DNA of 64,000 nucleotides from the human T2T-CHM13v2.0 reference genome, Homo sapiens: NCBI RefSeq assembly GCF_009914755.1, contig NC_060926.1, one strand, 5' to 3'. The first letter of the stretch is position 1. Each line of letters begins with the position of its first letter. The position numbers and the translations under genes were made by a program. The notes under the pieces were generated by a model. That model did no database searches. It saw nothing but the letters and a program-made list of their open reading frames with translations, and was not told where the DNA came from. This document shows positions 1 to 15,800 of the stretch, one piece after another.

Positions 1-1304
1 CTTGGGTAAAAGATACAGGCAGTTTAAGCAGGGAAAAATAAAACTGTGATACAAATAAAGCTTAAATTTAATGTTTTAAATTTACTATCCACTCTCGTGA
101 TGTAGGGCCAAGAACATTTAAAAAATCCTAGATTTAAAAAATGTCTCTATTTTCTCACAGTATCCTTCCAATATCTAACTTAGCAACAGTTTTTAATAAT
201 TTGGCTTTATCAAGATTTTCTAAAGCATCCCGGTTATTTTTTGCAGACACAACTCACTTTCTGAACTCATGTTTTATCAGTTTATTAAATGACACCATTA
301 TAAGAAGAAGTCTGTACAAACGAGTTTGTTAAACCTAGAACCTACCTGGCAGGGGCAGCCATGGGGCTATGAAGGAGGATGCACTAATGTGTCATCTCTC
401 ATAGCTTAGCGTCCAGCCCGCCCCCCAGGCATCACGGGTACATTCTACACAGGGAATTTAGAACATCACCTAACTCGGTGGGTCAAGTTCATGGTGGTTG
501 GCTAGTCCTCTGTAGAAATAGAAGGCTTATTGCATTGTCTCCTGTCTGGATTGTCTTCTTGAGGCCTATAAGCATGGCTGCTCTTCCATGGGAAAGAAGT
601 ATGAGTTTACTTGAGGTAGTGTAGACTCCCCCTGAAACTGGTGGAGATTCTTGTTATCAAGTATCAAAGAAAGAGGTAAGTGTTTGGCAAAGAAACTAGA
701 ACTCAAAGAGGTAGATCACCGACTAAGGAACTGCAGAGCAAAGGGTGAGCCTGAGGAGGACAAGGGGATTTGCATTTCTCTCTCGGACTCTCCTCTTAGG
801 TCTAGACTTTGAGGCTGGATGGTCCTCCCAGGCAGTAAGAGAGGGTCATTGCAGTTACTGGAAGCACGCAGAAAACTAAACCAGGAGGTAACCCTAGACT
901 TACCTCCAGGCTCACTATAAGTGAACTATTTGGTTAGACTGATTTATCTAGTTGCCTACACCCTTCCGAGTGTCTGTATTTATTCTGTTGTTATTACACT
1001 ACTTTCCAGCTCTCTTTGTGCCAGAGAAGTAATAGGAGAAGGTTTTCCCACTGCTAGTGTGGAGGTGGCAGAGGCAAACACAGTGAATCTTGTGGACTAT
1101 AAGTAGGACAACAGTGGTTCAGTCATTCTTCCCTACGTGGAATTTCTACCTCCATTCTCTGCCAGGAATCTGGGTCTCACTGTATTTGGGGAAACTGCAG
1201 GGTGGCTTTATATTCTCTGACTGATACGGTATTTTGTAAAAGAAGCTTGATGTTTGATAGGAGGCCAGGTGAATTGATTTCAAAAGGGAAAGAGGGAAGA
1301 ACTA

Positions 1305-1535
1305 CCCCTTACTGAGTGTCTCCTGGAGGCCAGGCATCCTGCTAACCCCTTCATGTAATCCAGTAATTCTCATAACCATCCCATGAGTTAAGTGGGTCAC
1401 TCTAGGGTAAGGAAGAAATTGAAGGCCTAGAGAGATGAACTAACTTCCCCAAGTCACATATCTTCACTGACAGAGCTGGGATTTGAACCTGCAGCCATCT
1501 GATTTTAAAACCTGTGTTCCTTCCCTACATCACAT
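1305..1535 (-). mobile_element. MIR SINE
   Basis: Reverse complement of the MIR core (...aacttccccaagtcaca...cagagctgggatttgaacc). Confidence 0.75.
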
Positions 1536-1647
1536 AGCTCTACAGCAGTTTCAGATCCTAAAAGTCTAAGAAATAAGATGGGGATATTTTTAAAAGCTAA
1601 TAACAAAAAGTAATATACAATATGGAGAGTCATACAGCTCCTCAAAA

Positions 1648-1905
1648 GAGACACATAAAAACTGATTTTACTAACATTCATCCATAACCAACCAATCTGA
1701 AAACAGTGATTTAAAGAATTGTGGGGGATGGTATTTAATGGCGACTACAGTGCTGTATGAAAATTTCTACGCCATGAGACACAGAAAAACCGATTTTACT
1801 AAAATTCAACCATAACCAACCAATCTGAAACCAGCAATTTAACGAATTGTGGGGGATGTTATTTAATGGAGGCTATACAGTGCTGTATAATAATTTCTAT
1901 GTCAT
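1648..1905. repeat. Tandem duplication, 2 x 128-130 bp
   Basis: 1648-1775 vs 1776-1905 align end to end with about 15 substitutions and one 2-nt indel (manual alignment). Confidence 0.95.
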
Positions 1906-2939
1906 TCTATGTTTTTGTTACCTCTACTCCTCAAAAGATTGGAAAGCTCTTTCCCTTAAAAGAAAGTATTACATAAAGAATAAACCCAATTAAAGGGAAG
2001 GTTAAAAAAAAATAAAGGAATGACCAGAACTATCAGATGGCTTTACCAATGCATAAACACTCCCACTCCAGAAAGCACCACTGTGGGAAAACACTGCCCC
2101 AGCCCTCTATCCGGTTCACCCGGACAAAGGTTAGCTAAACAAGAACTTACTTTACTGCACCTGCATTCTGAACATGAAACCACTTAAATGCTCACTTTAA
2201 TTTAGATAATTAGAGTGTTAGTCCCTGAAAAAATATTCACTAAATTCGACTGCAATTAATGGACTTGAAATGGCAGGTTTGCTTTAGCCCAATGAACATG
2301 AATATTTTACGTATTCTGTACTCTATTATAATGATAATAGTTCTACTTTGTATGTAGTGCTACCTTAGCCCACACCATAATTTGTGTGAGAATAAGGCAA
2401 TATTATGAAATGGAAATATATTTCATCTGTTTTGGGAATGTACATGAAGTGAAGGCCCTTTGGTTACCAATTAATATAAAGAAGATGCCCGTGATTAATG
2501 CCTAAGTTGGTGTTTTTTGTTTGTTTGTTTGTTTTGCCTTTTCTAGGAATCCTAATTTCCTTTTGATAAAATAATTGGATTCAGAATTACTGGAAGGTAT
2601 CTCTGCAGTCCTCCTGGCCCCCAAACATTAAATTACAAATCGCTTTTCAATGTCCTTTGCACATAAATGAACCCAGAACACTGGGACATCATCTCAGCTT
2701 TTATTTCTCAAGTCCTCCAGGATGATTTGCTTGTCTATCTGTGGTTCCTACTCACCTCAGTCAAATGAAAATCAAATTCAGGCAGCAAAGGAGTCTAATG
2801 AAACGCGTCTGAAGGAAAGCATTTATTTGCCCTCTTGGAGAGGAAAAAGGCTAGAGAGGCACAAGATTTATACTTTAACTACAAAGGGACCCAATCGAGT
2901 TGAAACACTAGGATTCAGTTTTCGCAAGTCATTATGGCT

Positions 2940-3690
<751 letters not shown>

Positions 3691-5097
3691 CAGTTGCTTA
3701 AGGGCCTGGATGACAAAGAGTGGTAGAAGGCTCCTCCCGCTACTTCTGCATGGAAGCAGGTACCACTCTGGCCCCACATAGGTAGTGCCCTGTGACCTTC
3801 TGAAAGCAGCACTCCCCTTGTGGGCACTGGTGTCCTCATACTGGCTGGTGATACAGGTGAGGCTTCTTCAAGCAGTCTTTTGGGCAGGGAGCTAGTGAGA
3901 CCACCACATGGTAACCAGCACTGAGAAAGTCATTTAAGGACCCCTGGGACATCCCTTTGGGGACTCCCAATAATATCCCAGGGAAATACGTGTTATTACT
4001 GGCTAATCACTATTTAGCCTGCAAACAGGTGAATTGCATGGATATTTCAGATTATGCCTATAAGATTAAACTTACATTTAATTATTGCTAATTGAACACC
4101 TAAAGCCACTGTTCAGAGTTATTCTAAGTGCAGAGTTCTATATTTCTGACATAAAAAGTTCATCATGAAAAAAATATCAAAAATTAATTTCTCATACTCA
4201 TTCCTTGTCTAATAAAAATTTTCATGAGCACTAAAGAAAAGAGCCAACTTTTCTTTTTCTTTTTAAAAGAAATCCTGAGAGCTCCAGCAAGCCTACAGTG
4301 CCTGAGGCTGAGAAGCCCATTAGAATAACCGATAGCATTTTTATGCTTCCCCGGAGTAATGCTGTCCAAATCATGTCCTCTAACCTGTATTCTACCTTTC
4401 TATTAGACACTGAGTTCCCCTTGTATGTCACTCTCATCTTATTACTCAATACCATGAACAAATACAAGAATTAGAGGCAAAATAGTTAGAAGGATATGTG
4501 AGGAATTGATAGTCAACCCTGAAAGGAAAGTCAGGGCAGTGGTTGAGAAATTCAGATGTCCTTTCTTGTCCTTCTGACCCTACATATCGCAGAAAGACAA
4601 GAAAGTGCAGAGCTCTGACAGCACGATCTTGACCCCAGATCTATTCAGCCAATGAAGAAATGAGCCATGAACGTGACTTTCTAAAAATCCAGTCAACAAT
4701 CACAAACTGGTAAGGAGTCTCAGAAACTGTAATAAATTAGCCCTCCAAGGGGTGTATTACTGAAAAGATGCTTTGAATCTGATGGTCTGATTTTGAGTAA
4801 CAAACCTCTCATCGCTGACCAAATTCTACAAGGATAAAGATTAAGGCATTAAATCCATTTCTCAAGTTTAATGGACAGCTCCCTCTTTACTTGTGTCAGA
4901 AGGGTACACTGGCCAGGCCCATGCGTTTGCACCTAAAGCTGTTCAGATGGTTTCCTGACTATGAATTCCTGCTATCTGGTTCTATAGCTCAGCAGACACA
5001 GAATCTGGCAAGAAAATTTTCTTTTATGGAATGGTTACCGTGGGTTATGCAGTATAGTGGGTGATTCTGAAAAACATTAGCCCAAGAACAAAATTGG

Positions 5098-5185
5098 AAA
5101 ATATCACATGTATCCCCCAAATATGTGCAACTATGATGTATCAATTTGGAAACACATCAAAAAAAAAAAAAAAACAACAACAAAG
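5098..5185 (+). mobile_element. Extremely 5'-truncated L1 (L1PB/L1MA-like 3' tip) with poly(A) and TSD
   Basis: aaaatatcacatgtatcccccaaatatgtgcaactatgatgtatcaat plus an A-tail. TSD gaacaaaattgg at 5086-5097 and 5186-5197. Confidence 0.8.
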
Positions 5186-6859
5186 GAACAAAATTGGGCA
5201 CAAACGTTGATGATACAATGGGGACAGCATAAACCTGATGACAAGGACAAGTTTCTAAATCTATCGGCAGGTGACCAGTCCAGATCTCTCGTTTTAAAAT
5301 GAATCTGGGGTACATGTATTTTTACACAACCTTTTGGATGCTAAACTTAAGTAGTGCAAGATTAAGAACTAGGCTTTCTTAGGATTGGCAAGAAAGTCCT
5401 CTTTTTTTAAAAAAAAAATGATAACCTAATATAAGATGCAGGATCAAATTTAAGATTATAATTAGATATGGAGCCAAAATAGTGATTATAAGCCCACAAT
5501 GAATAAAAAATATATGGATTTAGTTTTCTTCCTTAACTTTCAAATTTTTTTGATTGAGCAAACAAGGAGCGGTATTACCTGTTATATAAGAAATCATGAG
5601 GCAGTGACTTCTCTTTTATTTTAACCAATGAAGTAAAAAAACAGCAGAGAGATTTCATCTGGGACTGGGAGACTTGCCTGTCAGGCTATTAACAAGTAGA
5701 CTGTTCAACAAAAGAGCCATTTAATTTAAATCCTACACACTTGGTAATGTTAGAAAAATGTAAGTCATCACAAAGACTAGGTTTCCTGCACCAAAGTAAG
5801 CCTACTTTACTTCCACTAGAAATATATTTTTGTCTTAAGTAGGGACTGATCAGAAAGTGTGGCGAGACTGAGTGTAATCTTCAAGCATATTTGATTCTGG
5901 AGTTAAAGGACAGATTAACATAAATTAAAACAAGGCAATCTAAAGTAATTGAAAAAAGCAAGACTCTACTGACTTAGTAGATATCTACAACTAATCCACT
6001 GGCAAGCTCTTGTTTCACCCAAGTGAAGTTAAGTACAGGTCTTAATTGGATTCTATCTCTGTACTAATGGTTTTAAAGAGGATATACAACTCCTAACTAA
6101 ATACAAAGTAACAAAGTTAATTAGAAAATCAGGGCTTACAGTGTGGTTTACTGCTGCAATGAGTCATAATCATGTGACACAGAAACTGAGAACGTCTTTG
6201 GGGAAATTACAGATGTTATTTTATGCTAGAACTTCTTGGAAATAACATTTGCCCACATTTTGAAAGGTGGTTTTCAAACACTCCTTTTCCCCATCCCCAA
6301 ATCGGAAGTTCTTTACAAATGACAGGTCTACCAACATTTCCCTGGAGAGCTGGTCATTCTATGTTAGAATCTGCAGACAGATAAGCACAGGGAGTGGCTG
6401 GGCTGGCAGAGGATTCAATCCTATGAATGGACATCACAGCTTAAGCTTCTGATTTAGTTTTCTAGGAATTCTTTTTTTTCTAGGAATTCTTTCCTCCGCT
6501 TAATTCCTCTGAGTTTGGCGCAGAGGAGTATGGGCACTCTCTTGTGCTTTTATCAGATTTAAAAAATGATATTCTGTCAAAGCAAGAATTCTATGCATTT
6601 TACTTTAGTCTGTCTTTCTTAAATAAATTGTTCTTAAATAACTTCAAAAAATATATGTAACCCTTAGGTGTGTGATCAAACTAATGCTGAATCTGTGTGC
6701 TCTGTCTGTGCTTACGTTTGTGTTCGTGTGTGTGTGCACGTGTGCTCTCACTGCACATTCATTTGGGCCTGGTTTCCCAGCACTCTGCAGAGCAAACAGC
6801 TCTTTGGATGTTTAAAGCAACACTGTGATTCTACCACCTCTCAAGAGTTCAATTGCTGA

Positions 6860-7163
<304 letters not shown>

Positions 7164-8338
7164 CAACTGCTGAATATCTTAATTCATCTAGAAATGGTAG
7201 TCATTCATCTGAATGGAATTAGAATTATTTTACAACACGGATGATACTTTTATATTAGATAGTCCAGCCTATCATTTGTGAATATTTAAAACATAATTTT
7301 GCCAGCTTTTAATATTAATGTCCAATTTTTCTATTTAGGGAATAAATATTATACCTCAGTAAAGATTTTTTTTAAAGAAAGAAAAGATAATTGGGAAACC
7401 AGGAGCAATGAGTTACAATCAAATAGGCTGCAGTGCCTTTTTGAAAACAGAAACCCTACGTCATATCTAACAGGTCAACATTTATTTCTGGTAAAAATAT
7501 ATAAGAAAAGTAATCAGCACAGCACCCCCAAAGTACTTATAGTCCTAATTCCCTAAGGTATTAAACTTAACACATAGACAACTTTTAATCAGGAATCACT
7601 CAGCTGTATTTATTGACATAATTCAACTAACCACAAGCCTGTCTAAACCCAGAAAGGGCTTAAGGAGTTTTCTTCCTTTATTCCCTGTCACCATTTCAAA
7701 ATCATAGTACAGTTGTGTAATAAAGACACTATTTTAATAATGAATGCTTTTCTTCACTGAAAGTCAATATCAGTGAATATCACAGCATAATCACTGAAAT
7801 GAATATGAGATGAAATATGTTCACTGTTTTCCAAGACTTTCATCGTAAAAGTGTACTGCTGCTCAGTAAATTGTGGATCACTCATAACAGACTTAAATAT
7901 CCCTGACTGTAGCAGAAAGAACAGAGCACTTCGCACATCTAACCATATGCTCATGACTGAGCAGAGAGATTTTGTTGCTCCCATACTTGAGAGCCTAAGC
8001 GTACTTTGCCATTTTGTAGAGAAATAAAAGCTGAAGGCCATCTGGAGGATCCACTGCCTCCTGAGCAGCAATGTTAGTTTTAATCAAAACTGTAACTACT
8101 CATTTTGGTAAAAATTTATACCAATGCCATATATGTGGCATCTACACCATTCATACACATAAACACAATTTTTAAAAGTTAACTGGCACAGTTTTAAAAC
8201 AGACTCCTAAAGACAGCAGAGAATCAAGTAAGGCAGAAAAGCAAAGGAGATTAGTGAGACTGGGAAAAAGGTATAGATGATGAAATGAGCTGAAGGCATC
8301 TCCAAAGATTATTATAAGCATAAAATAAAGTGACTATG

Positions 8339-8840
<502 letters not shown>

Positions 8841-8868
8841 CAGAATACTTAACCTTAGCAAGCACTAG

Positions 8869-9188
<320 letters not shown>

Positions 9189-9426
9189 AGAAGGCTGTTG
9201 AGACAAACCATATTCCTTTCCCAAGAGACCAGACTCAAAAGTCATGTGACAATTCTATTTCTGAGAGAAAGGCAAGGAACGTGGGAAAACGCAGAGAGGA
9301 AAAAAAAAAAAAATCAATCATAGTGAATTACTATTTCTTTTTTGGAAGATACAGCAATATTTACATTATCCAAATCATCAATTCATGCAATAATCCAGTA
9401 CTGAATTTGCATATGGTATACAATGT

Positions 9427-9780
9427 ATTCATTTATCCAACATATTTATTTATTAAATGCCTATGTGTGTCAACAATGGTAGGGATGCAATAAAATAGAA
9501 GACAAGCGTTGCCCTAAAGATGCCTTCAGCCTCCACACAAAGGAAGACAAGCACGCAGTAGTACAGCAGGATGAAAGCCATACGTCTTGAGGTGGTAAAA
9601 ACATGGTTCTCTGGCATTCTAGACAAGGAAAAGCTGTCCTCCAAACTGTGCAAGGAGTGGGGTGTCAGGCAGCAGAGGAGGCTTCATGATGGTGACATGT
9701 ATGGTAAGTCTTGCAGGCAGACAGGTTTTAAACATGATTCTTCATGTGCAGGAAAAGAGCATCTCATGGGGGCATGAACA
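9427..9780 (-). mobile_element. L2 3' fragment
   Basis: attcatttatccaacatatttatt...tgcctatgtgtgtca is the reverse-complement L2 tail. Confidence 0.6.
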
Positions 9781-11259
9781 ATAGTCCAAAAGTCTACTGA
9801 GAGAGCTTTGGGAACATCTATCACTAAAGTAAGTTTTCCTTCCAGTGACAACTAGTCAGTGAGGCTCAAAATCCGTCAAAGGAAAACTACAGAAATGAAT
9901 GCAGGCACCCAGCTCCCTTCTCAGGAAACAGAAATTCCAACATCTGGTTCTAAACTCCACTTAAAGGAAACAGACATATGTTGCTACAAAGCTAGGGAAG
10001 GGTGGTATAAAAACACAGCAAAGGGCAGTCAGTGGGCACATTTCTGAAAGGCATCTGTCAAGCAGCTTCTCTTCCGGTGTATACACACAGTCAAACCCTG
10101 GCCTCTGTATTGAGCCGTGCAGATTGAAGTTCAGCAGCTTTGTAGGAGTCGGTAAGCAGGCCACATAACTGCTTAGCCTAACATACCCACTGGTGTTCCT
10201 TCTTCTATAGCTGAGGTTCTAAAACTTACTAAACTAATTCCTCAAAAATTTATATCACAAAGTCTGGAGAGAACTTAGACCTTTTGTTTTCTTTTGTACA
10301 TATGAATTTTGTGTTTTGCATTTTTCCCCCGTGCTTCCATTGCAGAGAAAACTTATTTCTTGCCGGCTGTTTTTTCACCAGAAAGCAAAGGAAACAAGGA
10401 GTTTCTCTGCTGTCTCACTATCACTCATCCTTGGGAATCCTCTGAAACAACTAGAATAGGGACTCAGATTTGGTCTCTTTCCATTTGTCAGCCAACCCAG
10501 CCAGGCAAGATAAGCAAATTTATGCATGCATGTCCTCTAGTTTTTCATCTTGCAAACTTTTTTAAACCAACACCCACCCGCGAGGCCTTGCCAATCTTAT
10601 CAACGGCTATTTACACAAAGCCTAAAAATGTTTCCTGTTTCTTGCCTAAGGTAGTGCCGAGTTTAAGCACAAGTCAAGTGGGTTTATGATTTCAGTCTAC
10701 AAACAGCACATTTCATTTCTGCACTGCTCTGCTTCTGCTCGAAAGCAATCACTTCATGTCACTATACTGGCCCTTCTTCAATCCAGATTCTGATTCGCGA
10801 AGGTCGGCACACTAAAAGCAGGCTACCCTGAAGCTAGGTATTGAAGACTTTTTGTAACCTGTGTTTGCCATATTCTAGTAAAACTGATAACATTCACTGC
10901 TCCATAACATATGCTATTGCTTTTTCAGCCTTTCACAATGCTGTAAGCATTTACTCCAATTCAAAAGAAAATGCTGATGGGAAAGAAACAGATTTTTAAT
11001 CTATTTAAATGTTAGCTATTTTATATTATAGAAGCAGAAAAAATACACATGTAAGAAATCATTCAAACCTCTATATAAACTGGACTCTTTCTTTACACAG
11101 CTTTCCTCAGGTGAACTTATTTCATATTTGCAAACACTTTGAATTTTGCAATCTTGAAAGCAAAATTCTTAAAACACTAGAATCCTATATCTCAAAGTAT
11201 CCTTTGTTTCTAAAGTAAATGTTACGATATATCTATATATATCAAAATGGGATTTGTTT

Positions 11260-13215
11260 ATCTCTAACAAATGTTTATGGAGGGCCTACTATGTGAAATG
11301 CAGTTTGGGGCACTGGGAATGTGGCAATTAACAAAACAGATTAAAAATCCTGGCCTTAAAAAACTGATGCTCAAGGGGAAGTCCTATATAGCTGACAAAA
11401 TAAATAAATGAAACATACAGGCTATTGAATGGGGAGAGATTAGGTAGAATAACAAAATAAGAAAGAGGGTAGAGAGTTGGGGATGGTGTGCGATTTTAAT
11501 GAGGCTGCTCAAGACCATTTTGTGAGGTAATATTTAAGCACCAGGGGGTGGGCATATATGGCCCTAAAGAAGGAGTGTCCTGGAAGAAGAGCAAGTTCAA
11601 CAGCCGGGGTGGCTGGGGTGGGGTGAGCAAGGGGAAGAGCAGGAGAAGAGACATCTGAGAAGTGAGAGGGGACACAGTGCAGAGGACTGGAAGCCATGGT
11701 GATTGTGGGTGGAGAACCACTGCAGAGTTTTGACTGAACTATGAACACAATCTGGCTTACTTTTAAAAAATCGAACTAAAAGTCACATATTATAAAGTTT
11801 GCCCCTTTAAAATGCACGATTCAGTGGTTTTTAGTAAAGTCACAAGGTTGTGCAGCCATTACTACTTCTAATTCCAGAACATTTTCATCACCCCAAAAAG
11901 AAACCCCATACTTAGTAGTCACTCCCCTGCCCCCTTCATTGCCAGCCCCTGGCAACCACTCTTCTGCTTTCTGACTCCATGGATTTGCCTACTCTGGACA
12001 TTTCATATAAAGAATCACACCATATGTGGCCTTTTGCATCTGATTTACTTTACCTGGATCTCTGGCTGTTGAGATGAGGACAGGCTGAAGGGAGGCAAGT
12101 ACAGAAGCTGGAATGGCAGCAAAGGGATGAATACAAGAACTCAACTGGGAGTTGAGAGGGGCTTGAAACGTGATGGGATGTGAGATGGTGAGCAAAGGCA
12201 GGATCCTGGGCACATTCAGATGAGTTGGATGTGAAGTATGAGAGAAAGAAAAGTCAAGGACAATGCCCAGGGTTTTGGCCTGAGCACCTGGAAAGGTGGA
12301 GATGATGCCTATGAAGAGTCTAAGATTCCTGGAGGGGCAGGCTGGGAAGAAACACCAGGGGCTGGATTTTGAAGCTGTGGATTAAATCTTGGATGTCTAT
12401 TACATTTCCAAGTGAAGACGCTAAAAGGGGAGCTGAATATAAGTCTGGAATTCAAAATAAAAGTCTGGATCAAAGATATAAATTTGGGAGTTAAAGAGTG
12501 GAAGGTATTTAATACCACGAAACCTGATAAGATCAGCAAAGCAGCAAGTAGAGAAAGAGAAGAGATCTAAGGAAAGGGTCCTTGGACACATCAAGATTTA
12601 TAGGTTAGAGAGATGAGGAGGAACCAACAAAAAAGACTGAGAAGGAAATACGAGTAAGATGGGAGAACTAGGAGAGGGTGGAGACTTAAAACCAAGTGAA
12701 AAAGCTTATCATGGAGAAGGGCATTGTCAACTACGCCCAATACTGCCAATAGGTCAAGCATGATAAGGACTGAGGATGAGCCTCAGGTTTAGGAACATGG
12801 CAGCCATTCACAGACCACGTGTCCTTTACCTTCCTTCTTTCTCCCCTCACTCCAGCCACGCCTACCTGTGCATCTGCCACTCCTTTTTGCAGGTGTGTTT
12901 TCCCCAGGTACAGCTTTGAAAAGAACAATTTGAGTGGAGTAGGAAGGTCAAAAGTCTGACTGAGGTGGATTTAAGAGACAGTGATAAGAAAGGAATCAAA
13001 GCCAGGGCAATTGTCTTTGATAAGTTTAGCTGTTAAGGGGTTGGACAGAAATAGCTGTAATGGGAGGTGGGGTAAAGACAGGGCTTTCTGAAGATAAGAG
13101 AAATAAAAACATATTCATATGCTGGTGGGACATATCTAGTAAAGAGGGAAATAGATGAGGAGGGAGGGAGTAGAGATTTGCTAGGATTGGTTAGAGGGAA
13201 CAAGATCAAATACAT
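11260..13215 (-). mobile_element. L2 (L2a-like), about 2 kb, interrupted by L1MB and a 100-bp insert
   Basis: L2 tail at 11260 (aacaaatgtttatggagggcctactatgtg) and purine-rich L2 body motifs (gtcaaggacaatgcccagggttttggcctgagc, ggagataaatttgggag-like). Confidence 0.8.
11778..12055 (-). mobile_element. L1MB-type 3' end nested in L2
   Basis: attccagaacattttcatcaccccaaaaagaaacccc...cccctggcaaccact...ctctggacatttcatataa. Confidence 0.8.
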
Positions 13216-13399
13216 TAGTTTGTCAAATAATCAGCAATTAAAATAGAAAACATCCACTGGTCCATGGAAAAACAAACAAGGAAAAGCTACTTTTCTCCCA
13301 GGGGACACAAGAACCACCAACATTTAAAATTACCTGGATCCACTTTTTAAGGGTGAAGGTATAAATTATATGCAAAGTGTCAACATTGGGGAGTCAACA

Positions 13400-13590
13400 A
13401 GACCCAAGCGCAAGGAACATTACCAGTTGCAACAGTCTAGATACTTCTTCGGACCTCAGTTTTCAGTCTACAACATAGTGATTAAAACAACCTGTCCTCT
13501 TTACCTTATAGAATTGATGTGATGATCAAATGAAATACATAAACATTGTCTGTAGACACTTAAGTGTGATGTCCATGTAAGGCATTTTTA
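13400..13590 (+). mobile_element. MIR (old subfamily)
   Basis: cctcagttttc...ccttatagaattgatgtgatgatcaaatgaaata. Confidence 0.55.
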
Positions 13591-14892
13591 AGTGCTACTA
13601 TATCAAAGAGTTAGATATGCCTGTTCTTACTCCAACACTCTCTAAATAGAAATAATTTAGCTCCAAGAAGGGGAAAAAAGGCAAGCTGAAGAGTTTTTGG
13701 AAGAATAATTAACTAAAGCATAGAAAAAGAAAAGCTTTATGGTTATATATTGTATTTAAAATACACTCAATAAGTTGTACATGAAGTCTGCCTTAATTTC
13801 CTCCTTTTAAAAATTCAACAACAACAACAATAAAACCTTCCTAACTTTAGCTGAGCCTGGGGCAAAAAAAGAAGTGCATTAAACTTGACTGTAGGTCTGA
13901 AGCAAGGACTATGCTTAAAAGAAGATGTGACCTAATGCCTTTCCGTCAAGCTCTCTTATTTTCTGTGTTCCTAGCCACCTGCCAGGATCAACTCCAATAA
14001 AAGAACAATCTGATCCTTGGCTTCTTGCCCAATAGGAGACATTAGTAGGTGTTTCAAAGAAGTTTTTGATTATTATTTTCACTTGCTGATTAATTTTCTA
14101 TTCTGGATGCTTAGCATATGGACCATAGCTCTCTTCAAGGTTTGCAGGGTCTCCTGATCTAGCCATTAATTAACTGTTCTATTTCTTCTGGTAAACTAAG
14201 ACACAAAAGTGTATACTTATGTTTTCTAATGAAGGAGAGTGTTCATCTTCATCAAGGAATTGGTAATTGGTAGGTGAACATAATGAATTCTTAGACAGAA
14301 TTTAAAGTAGACCCCAAAGTTGAATCAATCTTTTTTCTCAGCTTCCCTCTCACATTTGATTAGAAAATTTAGGCGAGAACTTAGCTGGCCTTAAATCTCA
14401 CAAGATTGTAAAGGAAAATGTGAAAGACAAGATATATAAGGGAATACAACTCACTCCACATAAATGCACGTTAAGTCACTTTCCTTTAAAATATGTCTGT
14501 GTCCCCTCATGTATGGAGCCACTTGGCAAAGGAGTTGGAGCTTCATTGTGAAATCAATGTGTAGAGTTAATGTATAATCAGTAGGAAAAAATCTGTTTTT
14601 TTCTAATTATAAAGGTATCTTTGTATCTGCATTTATGATATATCATTTGTATGTAAATAACATACTGGATATTATGTCTTTAGTCAGAATTCTAATCTCC
14701 CACTATAAACTCAATTACTCTTATTTACATAAAATAATTCACTTTGTAATGATTTACATTCCAAAGTTACTAGGAACAAATTATTCTGATAGGTGTGTGT
14801 ATCTACCTTAAACTCCCTCTCAGTCATATACTCTAGCATTATTGGGGAAGGACTTATTTTGAATAAGTTATTTTTTAAATTAAAACATATCA

Positions 14893-15217
<325 letters not shown>

Positions 15218-15639
15218 TCATTTAAGGGGAGCATGTCATTTCAAAAATCAGTTTTGATTTGAATATTTTTAATAAGGCATTATCATAATATATATTCCCC
15301 TAAGTAATACATTATTAGAGTTAATATAATTAATAATTAACATAATTATGAATATGCTAACTAATCTTGATTAGTTAGGGTTATTATGATTATACAGTAA
15401 TACATCATAAAATCTCTATAAAGTCAGAATTTGCTGAAGAGCATGGAGCTATTCATCCTCACCCTAGGTGGAACCAGGCTACACATTTTCTCAGATGGCT
15501 ATGTCTGCCTCTTAGAGCTTTTCTGCCTCCTTTGCTTTGTCAGGAGGTCTATGGGTGGTTGCTTGCTCCCATCAGCAGGCCTATGTTGAGCAGGCTCCCC
15601 TATCTCCGTGCAGCTATCTTATGATTCTAAAGGAGGTAG

Positions 15640-15800
15640 AAAGACCCACAGTTTCAAAGTGAAATTCTTCTGCCACAACCCAGCTGCATGGTTCTAGACA
15701 CACCACTGAACCTCTTAAGGAATTCATTTCCTTATCTATACAGTGAAAGAACCGGCCTGAATGATCTTTAAGTTCCCATCCAAACCTGAGATTTTATAAT
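15640..15800 (+). mobile_element. MIR3/MIRc fragment
   Basis: catttccttatctatacagtg...atgatctttaagttcccatccaaacctgagatttta. Confidence 0.55.
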
